From NCBI RefSeq assembly GCF_006345805.1, contig NC_043000.1, positions 4,464,001 to 4,528,000 on the forward strand: a DNA stretch of 64,000 nt, given 5' to 3'. The notes beneath the pieces are model-generated. The model saw only the letters and a list, made by a program, of their open reading frames with translations. It had not been told where the DNA came from and did no database searches. The position numbers were made by a program, and so were the translations under genes. The DNA is from Octopus sinensis (taxonomy: Eukaryota). Below, one piece after another: positions 23,925-37,140 of the stretch (position 1 is the stretch's first letter; the number at the start of each line of letters is the position of its first letter).

Positions 23925-26074
23925 GTAAGTTTGATTTGTTCTTCATTTTATCTTATTTTATTTTATTTCATATTATTTTGTTTATTTTTTCATGTATATA
24001 TTGAATAAATTTAATATTAATTTTTTTTCTTTTTTGTCTTTGAATTTCTTTTCTTTTGTTACTGAAAAGTGACATATTTACTCTGCAAATATAAAGTTTT
24101 GGTAATGTATATCGATGTATTTACTCAGCAGTTATAAAAATATGATAATGAATTTACCAACGTTGTATTTGTCCCAACCATAAATTTACCGGGGATGTGT
24201 TGGCTCATGATTTAATTACCTTACAAATAAAATCACAAGGTGATGAAATTACAGGCGAAGTATTTATCATGATCTGATTACTTACAAAGAATTTACTATT
24301 CACTATTCTGCATTCATTTGTTTTATGTATGTGTACACTGGAATTAATGCAGGCAGAGAAGATGAAGTGATTTCATTCGCAGAATTTTGCAACCCATTTC
24401 AGTCAAACATTACTGTGTTCCAACCCAGTTTTTTCTTTTTTTTTTTTTTTTACCTACGTAAGCATTGTGCAACAGCATAGATGACAAGAAACTATTCTAT
24501 TATTGGGTTTATGTGTGTGTGGGCAAACAAAAATATATATATATATATATATATCGTTTTTCTATAGAACAAGACTAGATATATGCCAATTACTCAATAC
24601 TAAGGAGTAAATGCTGAATTGAATTGAATGTATTGCAATTATTTTTCTTCAATGCCAACTTCTCAGTTTCCCCCTCCTTCATTCATCCGTGCTCATCAGC
24701 CTCTTTGCACATTTGTTCCAATTCCCCCCTCCCTCTCTCTCTCTCTCTCGCTCTCTCTCCACTTTTCTTAGCATCAGCTTCCCACACACTTTCTCCTTCT
24801 CTCTTCCTCACTTTCTTTGTCCTCCTCAGGTTTTATCCTCATTAATCTATTTCCCTCACTCTCACCTTCAACCCCCCACCTTCCATCCTACATTAACAGT
24901 AGTGCCAATACCACAAATGCATTAACAGCCACCACCACCACCGCCGCCGCCACCGCTACCACCACCACCACCACCACCATCACCACTACCGCCACTATCA
25001 TGCTCTCAATACAAAGCAACACAACACATTTAAAAAAACATCATCATTAACCACGTTATCATTAATGAAACCAACTTGACAATGAAATGGAACATCCTCA
25101 TCATTTTCTTCCATCACTTCCACAACAATTTCTTCCTTTCCAAATAGAAAACAATAAGAAGAAAGCAAATAAAAGACTCTTCGGATGTAGTTAATATAAG
25201 CACGATTTATTCCTCGTTGTTGGAACTAAAAAATTTAGAACAAACAATTTAGTTTTCTGAAACAGTCTTTCTCATTTAACATTCCTTTACTGGAGATTTT
25301 TTCTTTTTTTAAATTCAGTTTTGCTCTTTTTCTAATATTTTTTTCTTGTTTATATATCTAATTATTTATTTTCCTCTGAAATTCACAAAACATCATTATT
25401 TTGTAATTACTTCTACAACTTCTGCAAGTTTTCCTCAATTAAATAAGATTTCTTAAAAATTTAAGTTTCGTCTTATTTGGAAGAACTCACTACAAGTTTT
25501 CGAGATCGCTCGCAGATTGTTATGTTGCTTGGACATAGCTAAGTAATGATCAAAGCCTGTGCCAGCTCTGACCATCCAGATTTTTATTCAAATGGTGTAT
25601 CTAAGACTATATTATTGAATGTGGGAAATTATGAATGACTCAGGAACCTGACCTAATTCCTGAAACCATATTCCTCACTGCCAGGAGAGAGGTTAACCTT
25701 TTGAGCAATTAAGAATATGAAGGCTGATTGTATCGTTACAGCAGGTAACCATCTAATCAGTATTTCTCAATCATTTTTCACCTATGGATCCATTGGATTC
25801 CTATTTTACTGGATAGATCCTCCTAACCAGTTGGTGTTTAAAAAGCCATAATTTTTATAATTAAATATTATTAGGAACTATATAGAAAAATTAAGCTATT
25901 TTGTGCATTATAAATATTTGTTGTTTGTTCTTTCTCAAGCCATGCCTGGTTCATAGGGCCGGTTTCCCAGTTTCCTTGGTGTATAGGTTCCCCACCTGGA
26001 TGGGACGCCGGTCCGTCGCAAGTGACCTGCCAGATGCAGAAGGAAAGAGTGAGAGAGAGTTGTGGTGAAAGAGT

Positions 26075-27243
26075 CGTTTTTCACTCTATCTAATCGTGTT
26101 ACATTGTTTCTTTTTGTATAATTAGGCCATTTTTTTCCGGAATGTTGAATACAATATGGACAAAAAGCAAATTCGCACAATTTTCTTATTCCAGTCCCAG
26201 GTAGGCCGAAAAGCTGCTGAAACAGCTCGTGATATCAATGATGCATTTGGCCCAGGAACCACTAATGAACATACAGCACAATGATGGTTCAAGAAATTTC
26301 GTAGTGGTGACGAGAGTCTTGAAGATGATAAGCAGAGTGGTTGGCCATCAGATGTTGACAACAATCAACTAAGATCCTTAGTGGAAGCCAATCCATGCAC
26401 AACTGTTTGAGAGCTTGCTTCTGAATTGGACATAATGTATATGACAATTTCCAGCCACTTGAAAGACATTGGAAAAACAAAAATACTTGAGAAATGGGTG
26501 CTGCACAAACTGAACGACAACCAAAAAAAAAAATGCCGTTTTGAAGTATTGTCTTCCCTTCTTTTACGCAACAAGAATGACCCATTTCTTGACTGGATTG
26601 TGACTTGTGATGAAAGGTGGATTCTTTGTGACAACCAGCAATTCTCAGCTCACCGACGAAGCTCCATGGCATTTCCTGAAGCCAAAGTTGCACCAAAAGA
26701 AGGTCATGATGACAGTTTGGTGGTCTGCAACTGGTCTCATCCATCACAGCTTTTTGGATCCAAGCGAAACCATTACAGCGGAGAAGTACTGTCAGCAAAT
26801 GGATGAAATGCATAAAAAACTCTGACAACAACAGTCAGCATTGGTCAATAGAAAAGGACCAATTCTTCTCCATGACAACGCTCGGCCACACATCACACAA
26901 CTGATCCTGCAGGAGTTGAAGGAATTGGGTTACGAAACTCTGCCTCATCTGCCATACTCACCAGGCCTCTTGCTTACCAACTACCACTTTTTCAAGCATC
27001 TCGACAACTTCCTGCGTGAGAAATGCTTCAAAAACCAAGATGATGCCAAACACACCTTCAACGACTTCATTGCCACCAGAATGCAGGATTTTTATGCTAC
27101 AGGCATAAATAAACTTGTTTCGTATTGGCAAAAGTGTGTTGATTCTGATGGTGTTTATTTTGATTAATAAAGTTTTGTTTGAGCCGAGATTTGTGCATCT
27201 GAATTTAAAAGTTAAAAACCGCAAGAACTTCTTGACAACCTAA
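26075..27243 (+). mobile_element. Mariner transposon (cecropia/Hsmar1-like), transposase pseudogene ~26155-27167
   Basis: MDKKQIR...WFKKFRSGDESLED, IVTCDERWI, KKVMMTVWW, ILLHDNARPH, PHLPYSP, YWQKCVDSDGVYFD*; 3' TIR AAAAACCGCAAGAACTTCTTGACAACCTAA|TA; stops and frameshift; 5' TIR not found. Confidence 0.92.
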
Positions 27244-27404
27244 TACCAGCATACTTTGCAGCTCAAATCAGTGATAAATGAATCAGTGATAAATAAGGAT
27301 TAATGCATTAATATTGTATCACCACTGCTATCTGCTGACTGAAATCTATGCCATCTCATTTGAGACAAATCTCTATCACTTCCCATGTAAACAAAGATAT
27401 TCTC

Positions 27405-27634
27405 TTTTACCCTTTTCTTTGTTTCAGTCATTTGACTGTGGCCTCTTTTAGTCAAACAAATCGACCCCAGGATTTATTCTTTGTAAGCCTAGTATTTTTT
27501 CTATTGGTTGCTTTTGCCGAACCTCTAAGTTACAGGGATGTAAACACGCCAACAACTATTGTCAAGCAATCAAGCAATGGTGGGGGACAAACACAGACAC
27601 AAAAACATATACATATACATACATACATGCATAC

Positions 27635-27684
<50 letters not shown>

Positions 27685-27832
27685 GACGGGCTTCTTTCAG
27701 TTTCTGTCTACCATATCCCCTCACAAGGCTTTGGTGAGCCTGAGGCTATAGTCAACACTTGCCTGAGGTGCCATGCAGTTGGACTGAACCTGGAACCATG
27801 TGGTTGGTATGCAAGCTACTTACCACACAGCC
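27405..27832 (-). mobile_element. SINE family A, near full length
   Basis: Head, central (TA)n and tail all present. Confidence 0.85.
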
Positions 27833-27904
27833 ATGTTTTATAAAATGCACCCAAGCAAAACTGAAAATGAACTCATTTGTTTTATACTATAAATATATTA
27901 TGTA

Positions 27905-28122
27905 CAAGAGGATGCTGAAAAGTTCCTGGCTTTGGGTAAAAGAAAATACAAGAGGATCAGTTAATTATGATTTTATTCAACATATTCCCCTCTCAGATTC
28001 ACACACTTATTGCAGTAGTCCATCAGTTTTTCTAAGCCTGTAAAAGAACTTGGAAGGTTGACCCTCCAACCAGGCCTTTTGCAACACCCTTAAAGCTGGG
28101 AAATTTTCAGCAGCACTCTCTC
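27905..28122. mobile_element. Mariner-type MITE (second copy)
   Basis: Collinear with 21646-21868; TA flanks. Confidence 0.75.
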
Positions 28123-28175
28123 ATATTGCATAATGATCAATTATTGACTTGAAGATTGAGATATACGATTTCAAC

Positions 28176-28209
<34 letters not shown>

Positions 28210-28333
28210 AATGTCTTTAAGTTATCATATTTATACATTTTATCAAATTCCCATTCATTTTCATCAGATTTTCTCAAAAGCTGCACTACTCTATCAGTTG
28301 TACACAATCTATATCTTTGTCTTTTCTCCCTAG

Positions 28334-28348
28334 AAGTGTTTCAGAATG
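28334..28348 (+). CDS. Candidate 15-nt microexon
   Basis: atctttgtcttttctccctag|AAGTGTTTCAGAATG|gtaagt; length is a multiple of 3. Confidence 0.45.
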
Positions 28349-28818
28349 GTAAGTTTCATGATGAAAAAAAAAAAAAAGAAAGAAAATACTGAGAACAGCA
28401 CCTAAAATAAAGTTATCTATAAGCAGGTATTTCTTCTAAATTTTCAACAATGACCTCTCTTTATTCTGACTGACCAATTTATTTTTAGTTTGACTGGATT
28501 TTAACATGGGATTTGCCAATTCCCTTTATATCACAATTTGGCTGAACATCAAGACTGAAATTCTTGGAAAACCAGAAATACAGCCTGTGCAAGTTAAAAG
28601 AATTCTTTGATTATTCTTAAATAAATCCTCTAGATGCTATTTAAAACTTCATTACTGAAATGCATGTAGAATGTTCGTGGATAATTAAAACAAGATGAGA
28701 ATTCTAATAGCATATACTATGGATGGAGATAGGTTTAGAATCTGTCACACAGAAAAGTGTTCAATTTTTACTTTATTTCCAGTGTTTAATTACTTTCCCA
28801 AGTGATATTTAACCACAG

Positions 28819-28885
28819 GTCAACCCTGCAGAAGCAGAACTATGATCAAAGTTATTCCTCTTGTAACTCTTCTTTCTTTCATTAA
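28819..28885 (+). CDS. Candidate 67-nt exon (GQPCRSRTMIKVIPLVTLLSFI)
   Basis: ccacag| acceptor, |gtaagt donor, open phase 1 to 2, joins the 15-nt exon. Confidence 0.3.
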
Positions 28886-28934
28886 GTAAGTATATTTGTG
28901 TGCTTGAAACGACATTATCCAATACATCCTTCCT

Positions 28935-29700
28935 CTTTTAATTCAATTCAATTTTTATTGGCTCAAAAAGCAAAAGCAAGTCCATGTAGGGGTACAGAGA
29001 GTTATGTACAGGGAGGGTGGTCATGCAAAGAGTTCAGGCCATTTCTGATCAAGAGAGACTTTGAACCGAGCGGTCGTCGGCATCTTCACTATCTCGTCCG
29101 GCAGCTTATTCCACGGATCCGCAACCCAGATGGAGAAAGCCCCTCTCCTTTGATTGAGATGAAATCCTCGTAGATAGGAGGAGGGGGAAGGAGAAGAAGT
29201 GGAGGAGGAAGAGGGGAAGAAGAGGAGGAGGAGGAGGGGGAAGAGGGGAAGAAGAAGAAGAAGAAGAAGAAGTGGAGGAGGAGGAGGGGAAGAAGAAGAG
29301 GAGGAGGAGGGGGATGAGGGGGAAGAAGAAGTGGAGGAGGAGGAGGAGGAGGGGAAGAAGAAGATGAAGAGGCGGAGGAGGGGGGAGAAAAAGAAGTGGA
29401 GGAGGAAGAGGGGAAGAAGAGGAGGGGGGAGGAGGGGGAGAAGAAGAGGAAGAAGAGGAGGGGGAAGAAGAGGAGGTGGAGGGGAAGAAGAAGAAGATGA
29501 AGATGAAGAGGAGGAGGGCGAAGAAGTGGAGGAGGAGGAGGAGGAGGAGGAGGGGAAGAAGAAGAAGGAGAGGAGGAGGAGGAGGAGGGTAAGAAGAGAA
29601 GGAGGAGGGGGAGGGTTGAAGAGGAGAGTAAGTAGAACATTGTTCTGGTTGAGTAAAATGTCAGTAGCTTTGTTCAAGTTAGGTAGGTAACATCAAACCT
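28935..29700 (-). mobile_element. CR1/L2-group LINE 3' end interrupted by a purine microsatellite (29176-29625)
   Basis: YLRGFHLNQRRGAFSIWVADPWNKLPDEIVKMPTTARFKVSLDQKW resembles the CR1-group ORF2 terminal motif. Confidence 0.7.
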
Positions 29701-30009
29701 AATATGGTAAAATTTAGTGTAAGAAATTAAAAGCTGGCTTTGATGATGAACTCCAATATTCTAAATCCAGATTTGTCCCTGGTAGCAGGGGTGGCCAGAT
29801 CTACCTCACTTTTACAGCAAGCACTCTCACACCATCTCGCCATTTCACCCAGTTTTGGGCGTCCACCCTCCTCAAGCCAAACCTCCCAATCCCCTCCCCC
29901 ACCTGTCCCCTCCACATTTTCTTTGGTCAACCTCGCTTTCACGGTTCATTCACTTTACGCTCAAGCACTTTCCTCAGAACACGATCCTCATCCCTCCTCA
30001 ACTCATGTC

Positions 30010-30245
30010 CATACCTATTTCTTTACTACCCACAAGGGGCTAAACACAGAGATGACAAACAAGGGCAGACAAACGGATTAAGTCGATTATATCAACCGCA
30101 GTGCATAACTGGTACTTATTTAATCGACTCCAAAAGAATGAAAGGTAAAGTCAACCTCAGCGGAATTTGAACTCAGAACGTAGCGGCAGACGAAATACCG
30201 CTCAGCATTTCGCCCAGTGTATTAACGGTTCTGCCAGCTCACCGC
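30010..30245 (-). mobile_element. SINE family B
   Basis: Family motifs. Confidence 0.85.
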
Positions 30246-30624
30246 ACTCCGTTCTCCCTTACCAGCTGTTCCACCGATTCCTCTAACTCCAGCATCCCTT
30301 GTTAGAGATCCTTTAAGTATGTATGTAAATAAATATGTGACAGGTTAGGTTTATAAGCAGGCACAGATGAAACACAGCTCAGTTCCTGTGGTTTCTGCTT
30401 AAAACCAAAATATTAGAAGCTGAAGTTTATTGAACATTGATTTTCATACATTCAATTAAGGTTTCTATGATGAATATTGGAAATTATTAACATTTTTATA
30501 TTTAATAATTATCTTTTATTTTTATCGTCTACTTGTTTCAGTCATTGGACTGTGGCCATGCTGGGGCACCACCTTGAAGGGCTTATTCAAAGTGGTGGTG
30601 GTGGTGATGGTGATGGTGGTGATT

Positions 30625-30658
<34 letters not shown>

Positions 30659-30733
30659 CGATGATGATCAAAAGGCAAGTTTTATATCCAACAAAACATC
30701 CACATGAAGTTCAATGTAATGATTGCCTTTCAG

Positions 30734-30773
30734 TACTAATGCTGTTCCTATCACTAATAGTTATTTTTTTTTA
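30734..30773 (+). CDS. Candidate 40-nt exon (TNAVPITNSYFFL)
   Basis: gcctttcag| acceptor, |gtaagt donor, phase 2 to 0, joins 28819-28885. Confidence 0.3.
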
Positions 30774-31632
30774 GTAAGTCTGCTGGCAATTTGTAACATC
30801 AGTCCCTGAAAAATCCACCAGAATTCCATATATCATTGGCGGTAAGATTTGGCTGGTATGCAACTAGTGGACATCTGTCACTGAAGAGATAGATTACATT
30901 GAAATCACGGGATTTAGCAGTTCCAACATCCAGCACCCATATCTGAGTATATGTGCTTATATGTACCATGCAACGATATGAGAGGTTCTTTCAAGGTGAA
31001 TATCGTAGTATTTGGTGCTCTAACAAAACATCTGTACTAAGTTGAACATAAAGACTGTCTTTTGGCATTAATACTAATTATGTTACTAATACTTATACAT
31101 GTAATAATTATCTTGACACTCACTACCTACCTACCTCACTTAACCTGACAGACCATCCCAGCTGCAGCCATGAAATATAATAGCTAACAAATAGATTATG
31201 AATTATTTCCAGTCAAACTAACACTATTTCCATAAAATATTACAACAGATTTAATTAATTCAATCTCTACATTGGTAAATTTCTAATAAAAATATCAAAT
31301 GACATATAATATCAATTGTTACCAAACTGTAATTAATTTTATTAATTAAGTTTATTCATTAATTTCAAGAAATTATTTGTATTTATGTTATCATTGAAAT
31401 GGATGCAAGTTGTTTGGCTGATGTTATTGAGAGATGTTGAAATATGTGACCTTCAACATATTATGTTTATATACAAAGTTAACTTAACTATCTATCTGTC
31501 TGACTATCTATTTATTTAGTGTTTATTTCTTAACCTATCTATCTATCTGTCTATCTATCCAGCTATACATCTATTCATCAATATCTCTTTCTCTTTCCTT
31601 TTATATATATATAGATATACACGCATGCACAT

Positions 31633-31667
<35 letters not shown>

Positions 31668-31759
31668 GATATACATGCATGCACATACACACACACATAT
31701 ATATATATATGTGTATGTATGTATGTGTATATATATATATATATGAATAAATGAAATAA

Positions 31760-31930
31760 ATGAAATAAATAGGAATATGCAACCTTCGAAACATGTGTCG
31801 AGAGTAAAGAAATTTTGTTAAAATCGTCGTTCGACTCCATTCTTTCAGAGAGAACTTTTCTGACGTGAATTTGCTACCCAGGTATCGGTTAACCGAATTA
31901 TCCATACTAGGATAATTCCTTCACCTTCTT
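31760..31930 (+). mobile_element. PLE-like fragment, same family as 3180-3308, with the 3' half of the hammerhead
   Basis: AGGAATATGCAACCTTC-GAAAC-ATGT-GTC-GAGAG collinear with the reverse complement of 3190-3265. Confidence 0.7.
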
Positions 31931-31951
31931 AAATATATATTATATATATAT

Positions 31952-32140
31952 ATAAATACAATAAGAGGCTTCCAAATAGGAAAGTGTTGTGCTAGAACAC
32001 AAAAAAGGGATAAATTCACGAAAGAATGAAAATTAAAAACTTTTACCTTCTCATGTTTTTAATTTTCATTCCTTTCATGAATTTATCCCTTTTTGTGTTC
32101 TAGCACAACGCTTTCCTATTTGGAAGCCTCTTGTATTTAT
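31952..32140. repeat. Fold-back element, ~88-bp inverted arms with a short spacer, in (TA)n
   Basis: AAGAGGCTTCCAAATAGGAAAG...TGAAAATTAAAAAC versus its reverse complement. Confidence 0.9.
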
Positions 32141-32249
32141 ATATGAATAATATATAGTCTAATGACTAATTCGTTTTTTGGCTAGGCCACTGGTAACAAT
32201 AATTTATTATTACCCTATTTTATTATGTTTATATATATATGTATATATA

Positions 32250-32480
32250 TATTTCTTTACTGCCCACAAGGGGCTAAACATAGAGGGGACAAACAAGGAC
32301 AGACAAAGGGATTAAGTCGATTACATCGACTCCAGTGCGAAACTGGTGCTTTATTTATCGACCCCGAAAGGATGAAAGGCAAAGTCGACCTTGGCGGAAT
32401 TTGAACTCACAACGTAACGACAGACGAAATACCGCTAAGCATTTCGCCCGACACGCTAATGTTTCTGCCAGCTCGCCGCC
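32250..32480 (-). mobile_element. SINE family B, full length
   Basis: Head with A/B boxes through tail. Confidence 0.85.
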
Positions 32481-32526
32481 CATGTATATATACATACATA
32501 CATACAAACATACATACATACATACA

Positions 32527-32560
<34 letters not shown>

Positions 32561-33599
32561 CATACATACAGTTTCACAGTGATGATGACATCATATCTGC
32601 TGTTGACATTTTTGACCAACAGGATGAAATCTTCTTTACTAATGAGATCCAAGCCCTGCAACACCAATCATCATCATCATCATCATCGTTTAACGTCCGC
32701 TTTGGAAGGAGTATTTGTATTGCAAGGAGGTGAATGTCAAAAAACAAACCTTATTTGGTCACATTGCATGAGAGATACTTAGTCAGCCTATGGACTTTCC
32801 AACCAAACCTTTGACTTGGAAATAAAGATTATTTGCCAACATAATGTGGCAGTCCTGGTTGGGATGAATGTTACTGCTATTTAGCCCCAGGAAACATCGT
32901 CTTCAACTGGCTATATGACACACTGTCTGTGTTCTTATATTTTCGAACAAGGGAGTTTAGCATCCCCACTAAAGCAACTTTCTTAACCACACAACTTTGC
33001 CTGTCCACTTTTTTCCTACAGATACCAACTTGTAAATTCTTAATTTGAACATCAACCTATCAGTATCAAAGAAACAAGGGAGTTTTACGTGGTCGATAGG
33101 ACAGCTAGAGCTAGCAGCTAAATCCCCCCTCAGATCCTATCATACTGTCTTAAATAAGAAAAGGACACATTGTACTACACAGACCCACATCCTTCATATG
33201 AAATGGATTGGTGATGGCCGAGATGATTTCAATTATAAAGGTCTGTTCGATCAAGATTGACTCAGGGCTAAGTGACAACAAAAACAACCAAATCTACAGA
33301 GAAAAGTCTTTGATATAAAGTCTAATGAGATGCTAACAATTTGTCTGTCTTCGTGTAATGGAATAAAGGATACGCTATTTCTCACTTCGTGGTGTGGTGC
33401 AACTCTTGGCATTTATCATGAGTTTCCTACTTTGAAACTGTGAAATCCTATCCAACCCAACCTCGATCTTTCAACATCTATACACAAGTTGTAACATTGT
33501 ATTATTTCAATTATCTTAAGCAGCCAAGAAACTGATCTTTTAAAACACTTTCAGAAAGATGATGACAAGAACAACAACAACAACAACAACATAATAATG

Positions 33600-33631
<32 letters not shown>

Positions 33632-33764
33632 GGCATTTTTTTTTCCTTACCCATACATCCGGATATTTTACTGATAAATCAATAATGGCAAATATTGTGT
33701 TTATCGAATGACAATACCCAATATTAATTACTTAAGGGATGGAAGGTATGAATGGTGACGATGA

Positions 33765-33798
<34 letters not shown>

Positions 33799-34369
33799 GG
33801 TGGTGGTGATGAGGATGATGATGATTGTGATGCTGATGATGATAATGATGACGGTGACAACGACCACAGCATCTACAAAGGCGACAATGATTGATGACAA
33901 GATGATGATGACAACAACAATGATGAGAAAGTGGGAGGACAACTAAGACAGTTAATGGCAAATGGCATTGCTACCCTGCATTTAAACTGATCACAACACA
34001 AGTACTCTATTAACCTGCTAGAAATAGCAGCTAAATGTCCCTCAAATCAAGCCCTACTATCTTCACTATAAAAAAAAGAAGAACAGATTGGATAATGTAA
34101 CCATAGACACACTCCAAAAAAACATGGTGGTCACAACTGAAAAAACATTGATTGTAGTTTATTGGCTTAGGATTGACCTAGGGCTAAACAGCAGTGACAA
34201 CAGCAACAATATTATGGTCAGATTTTTCAACCAAAGTAGAGATTTTTTAGCTGGTATCATCATCTTATAATCTTGTTCATCAGTAGGAACACCACTCTTC
34301 TACATCTGTATGGATAAGTGTACCTACAGATGTATTAAGAAAGCCTAGGTATACCATATTTCCATCAGA

Positions 34370-35040
34370 TGATGAACTAATGTCCAGATGAATTGTGGAC
34401 ATATTGTACTTACACCAGCTGATAAAGTGCTGTCCAGATGGTCACAGCAGATGTCCAAATGAACTATGGACACACATAGCTTAGCTATGACATATGAGGA
34501 AATAGTGTCCAGATAATCAGAGTAAATGTCAAGAACTATGGACATGCTATTCCCACAACCTATGAGTGATGTCCAGATGGTCACAGATGTCCAGATGAAC
34601 CATGAACACAACATAGCTTAGCTATTCTAATAGATGAACTAGTGTCCAAATAATTAGAGTAGATGTCCAGATGAACTGTGGACATACCATACCAACTCTA
34701 GATGATGAAGTGCTGTCCAGATGGTCACAGCAGATGTCCAAATGAAGTATGGATGCAACATAGCTTAGCTTTGACAGATGAGAAATTAATGTCCAAATAA
34801 TCAGAGTAGATGTCCAGATGAACTATGGACATGTCTTACCTACTTCAGATGGTGGACTGGTGTCTACATCCAGATGAGTCACAGACATATATACTTGCAC
34901 CAGATAATGAATAAATGTATCCCTTCTTCATCTGGGCAGTAAGTGTCCAGATGAATAAGGGACACACCAGTTCTGAGTCCAGCCTGATACGATGGACAGG
35001 TGTCAAGTTGGACTTAGCAGATGCCCAGATGACCCATGCA
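34370..35040. repeat. Degenerate ~140-bp tandem repeat built on a TGTCCAGATG subunit
   Basis: CATAGCTTAGCT near 34476, 34612 and 34759; many TGTCCARAT motifs. Confidence 0.85.
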
Positions 35041-35214
35041 GACAGATTTCAGAGATATTGACATTTTAAAACAGAGGCAGTGACATATGTCTGGTGAATA
35101 TAGGCATCATCAGCTGGTGTGGTGTTTAAAAATAAATGAGGTAGGGTTTCCAGAACGGATTAGGGATAGAGAACAAGATGATAATGATGATGATGATGAT
35201 GATACATTAACGGC

Positions 35215-37140
35215 AGTGTTAGCGATGGCGTCAGTGAGGGCATCAGTGGTGGCATCAGCAGTGGTGCCAGCAGCGGTGGCATCAGCAGTGGCGTCAGCAG
35301 TGGCATCAGCGGTGGTGTCAGCAGTGGCATCAGCAGTGGCGTCAGCAGTGGCGTCAGCGGTGGCATCAGCAGTGGTGTCAGTGGTGGTGTCAGCAGTAGT
35401 GTCAGCAGTGGCATCAGCAGCGGCGTCAGCAGTGGCATCAGCAGTGGCGTCAGCAGTGGCATCAGCGGTGGCGTCAGCAGTGGCGTCAGCAGTGGCGTCA
35501 GCAGTGGCGTCAGCAGTGGCATCAGCGGTGGCTTCAGCGGTGGCGTCAGCAGTGGCGTCAGCAGTGGCGTCAGCAGTGGCATCAGCGGTGGTGTCAGCAG
35601 TGGCGTCAGCAGTGGCGCCAGCGGTGGTGTCAGCGGTGGCGTCAGCAGTGGTGTCAGTGGTGGCAACAGCAGTGGCGTCAGCAGTGGCATCAGCGGTGGC
35701 ATCAGCGGTGGCTTCAGCGGTGGTGTCAGCAGTGGCGTCAGCAGTGGCGCCAGCGGTGGTGTCAGCGGTGGCGTCAGCAGTGGTGTCAGTGGTGGCAACA
35801 GCAGTGGCGTCAGCAGTGGCGTCAGCAGTGGCGTCAGCAGTGGCGTCAGCGGTGGCATCAGCAGGGGTGTCAGTGGTGGCATCAGCAGTGGCGTCAGCAG
35901 TGGCGTCAGCGGTGGCGTCAGCAGTGGCATCAGCAGTGGTGTCAGTGGCGGTGTCAGCAGTAGTGTCAGCAGTGGCATCAGCAGTGGCGTCAGCAGTGGC
36001 ATCAGCGGTGGCTTCAGCGGTGGCGTCAGCAGTGGCGTCAGCAGTGGCGTCAGCAGTGGCATCAGCAGTGGCGTCAGCGTGGCATCAGCGGTGGCGTCAG
36101 CGGTGGCATCAGCAGTGGCATCAGCAGTGGCGTCAGCAGTGGCATCAGCAGTGGCATCAGCAGTGGCATCAGCGGTGGCGTCAGCAGTGGCATCAGCAGT
36201 GGCATCAGCAGTGGCGTCAGCAGTGGCATCAGCGGTGGCTTCAGCGGTGGCGTCAGCAGTGGCGTCAGCAGTGGCATCAGCGGTGGCATCAGCGGTGGCG
36301 TCAGCAGTGGCGTCAGCAGTGGCGTCAGCGGTGGCATCAGCAGGGGTGTCAGTGGTGGCATCAGCAGTGGCGTCAGCGGTGGCGTCAGCAGTGGCATCAG
36401 CAGTGGCGTCAGCAGTGGCGTCAGCGGTGGCATCAGCAGTGGTGTCAGTGGCGGTGTCAGCAGTAGTGTCAGCAGTGGCATCAGCAGTGGCGTCAGCAGT
36501 GGCGTCAGCGGTGGCATCAGCAGTGGTGTCAGTGGCGGTGTCAGCAGTAGTGTCAGCAGTGGCATCAGCGGTGGCGTCAGCAGTGGCGTCAGCAGTGGCA
36601 TCAGCGGTGGCGTCAGCAGTGGTGTCAGCAGTGGCGTCAGCGGTGGCGTCAGCGGTGGTGTCAGCAGTGGTGTCAGCAGTGGCGTCAGCGGTGGCGTCAG
36701 CGGTGGTGTCAGCAGTGGCGTCAGCAGTGGCATCAGCAGTGGCATCAGCGGTGGCGTCAGCAGTGGTGTCAGCAGTGGCGTCAGCAGTGGCGTCAGCGGT
36801 GGCGTCAGCAGTGGCGTCAGCAGTGGCATCAGCGGTGGCGTCAGCAGTGGCGTCAGCAGTGGCATCAGCGGTGGCGTCAGCAGTGGTGTCAGCAGTGGCG
36901 TCAGCGGTGGCGTCAGCGGTGGTGTCAGCAGTGGTGTCAGCAGTGGCGTCAGCGGTGGCTTCAGCGGTGGCGTCAGCAGTGGCGTCAGCGGTGGCATCAG
37001 CAGTGGCATCAGCAGTGGCGTCAGCAGTGGCATCAGCAGTGGCATCAGCAGTGGCGTCAGCAGTGGCATCAGCGGTGGCATCAGCAGTGGCGTGAGCAGT
37101 GGCGTCAGCAGTGGCGTTAGCGGTGGCGTCAGCAGCATCA
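35215..37140. repeat. 12-bp minisatellite (GGCRTCAGCRGT)n, ~160 units
   Basis: Direct reading; 1-nt deletion near 36078; higher-order block duplications. Confidence 0.95.

Noticed and set aside
24830-25050. Terminal exon after a long pyrimidine tract (GFILINLFPS...TTTT...HHH*)
   Set aside because: The tract is (CT)n-derived and the ORF is largely (ACC)n microsatellite; no independent support
26155-27167. Domesticated SETMAR-like gene
   Set aside because: Multiple stops and a frameshift; TIR retained; no SET exons seen
33022-33031. Plus-strand 10-nt microexon
   Set aside because: Weak donor, frame-shifting, inside repeat-derived sequence
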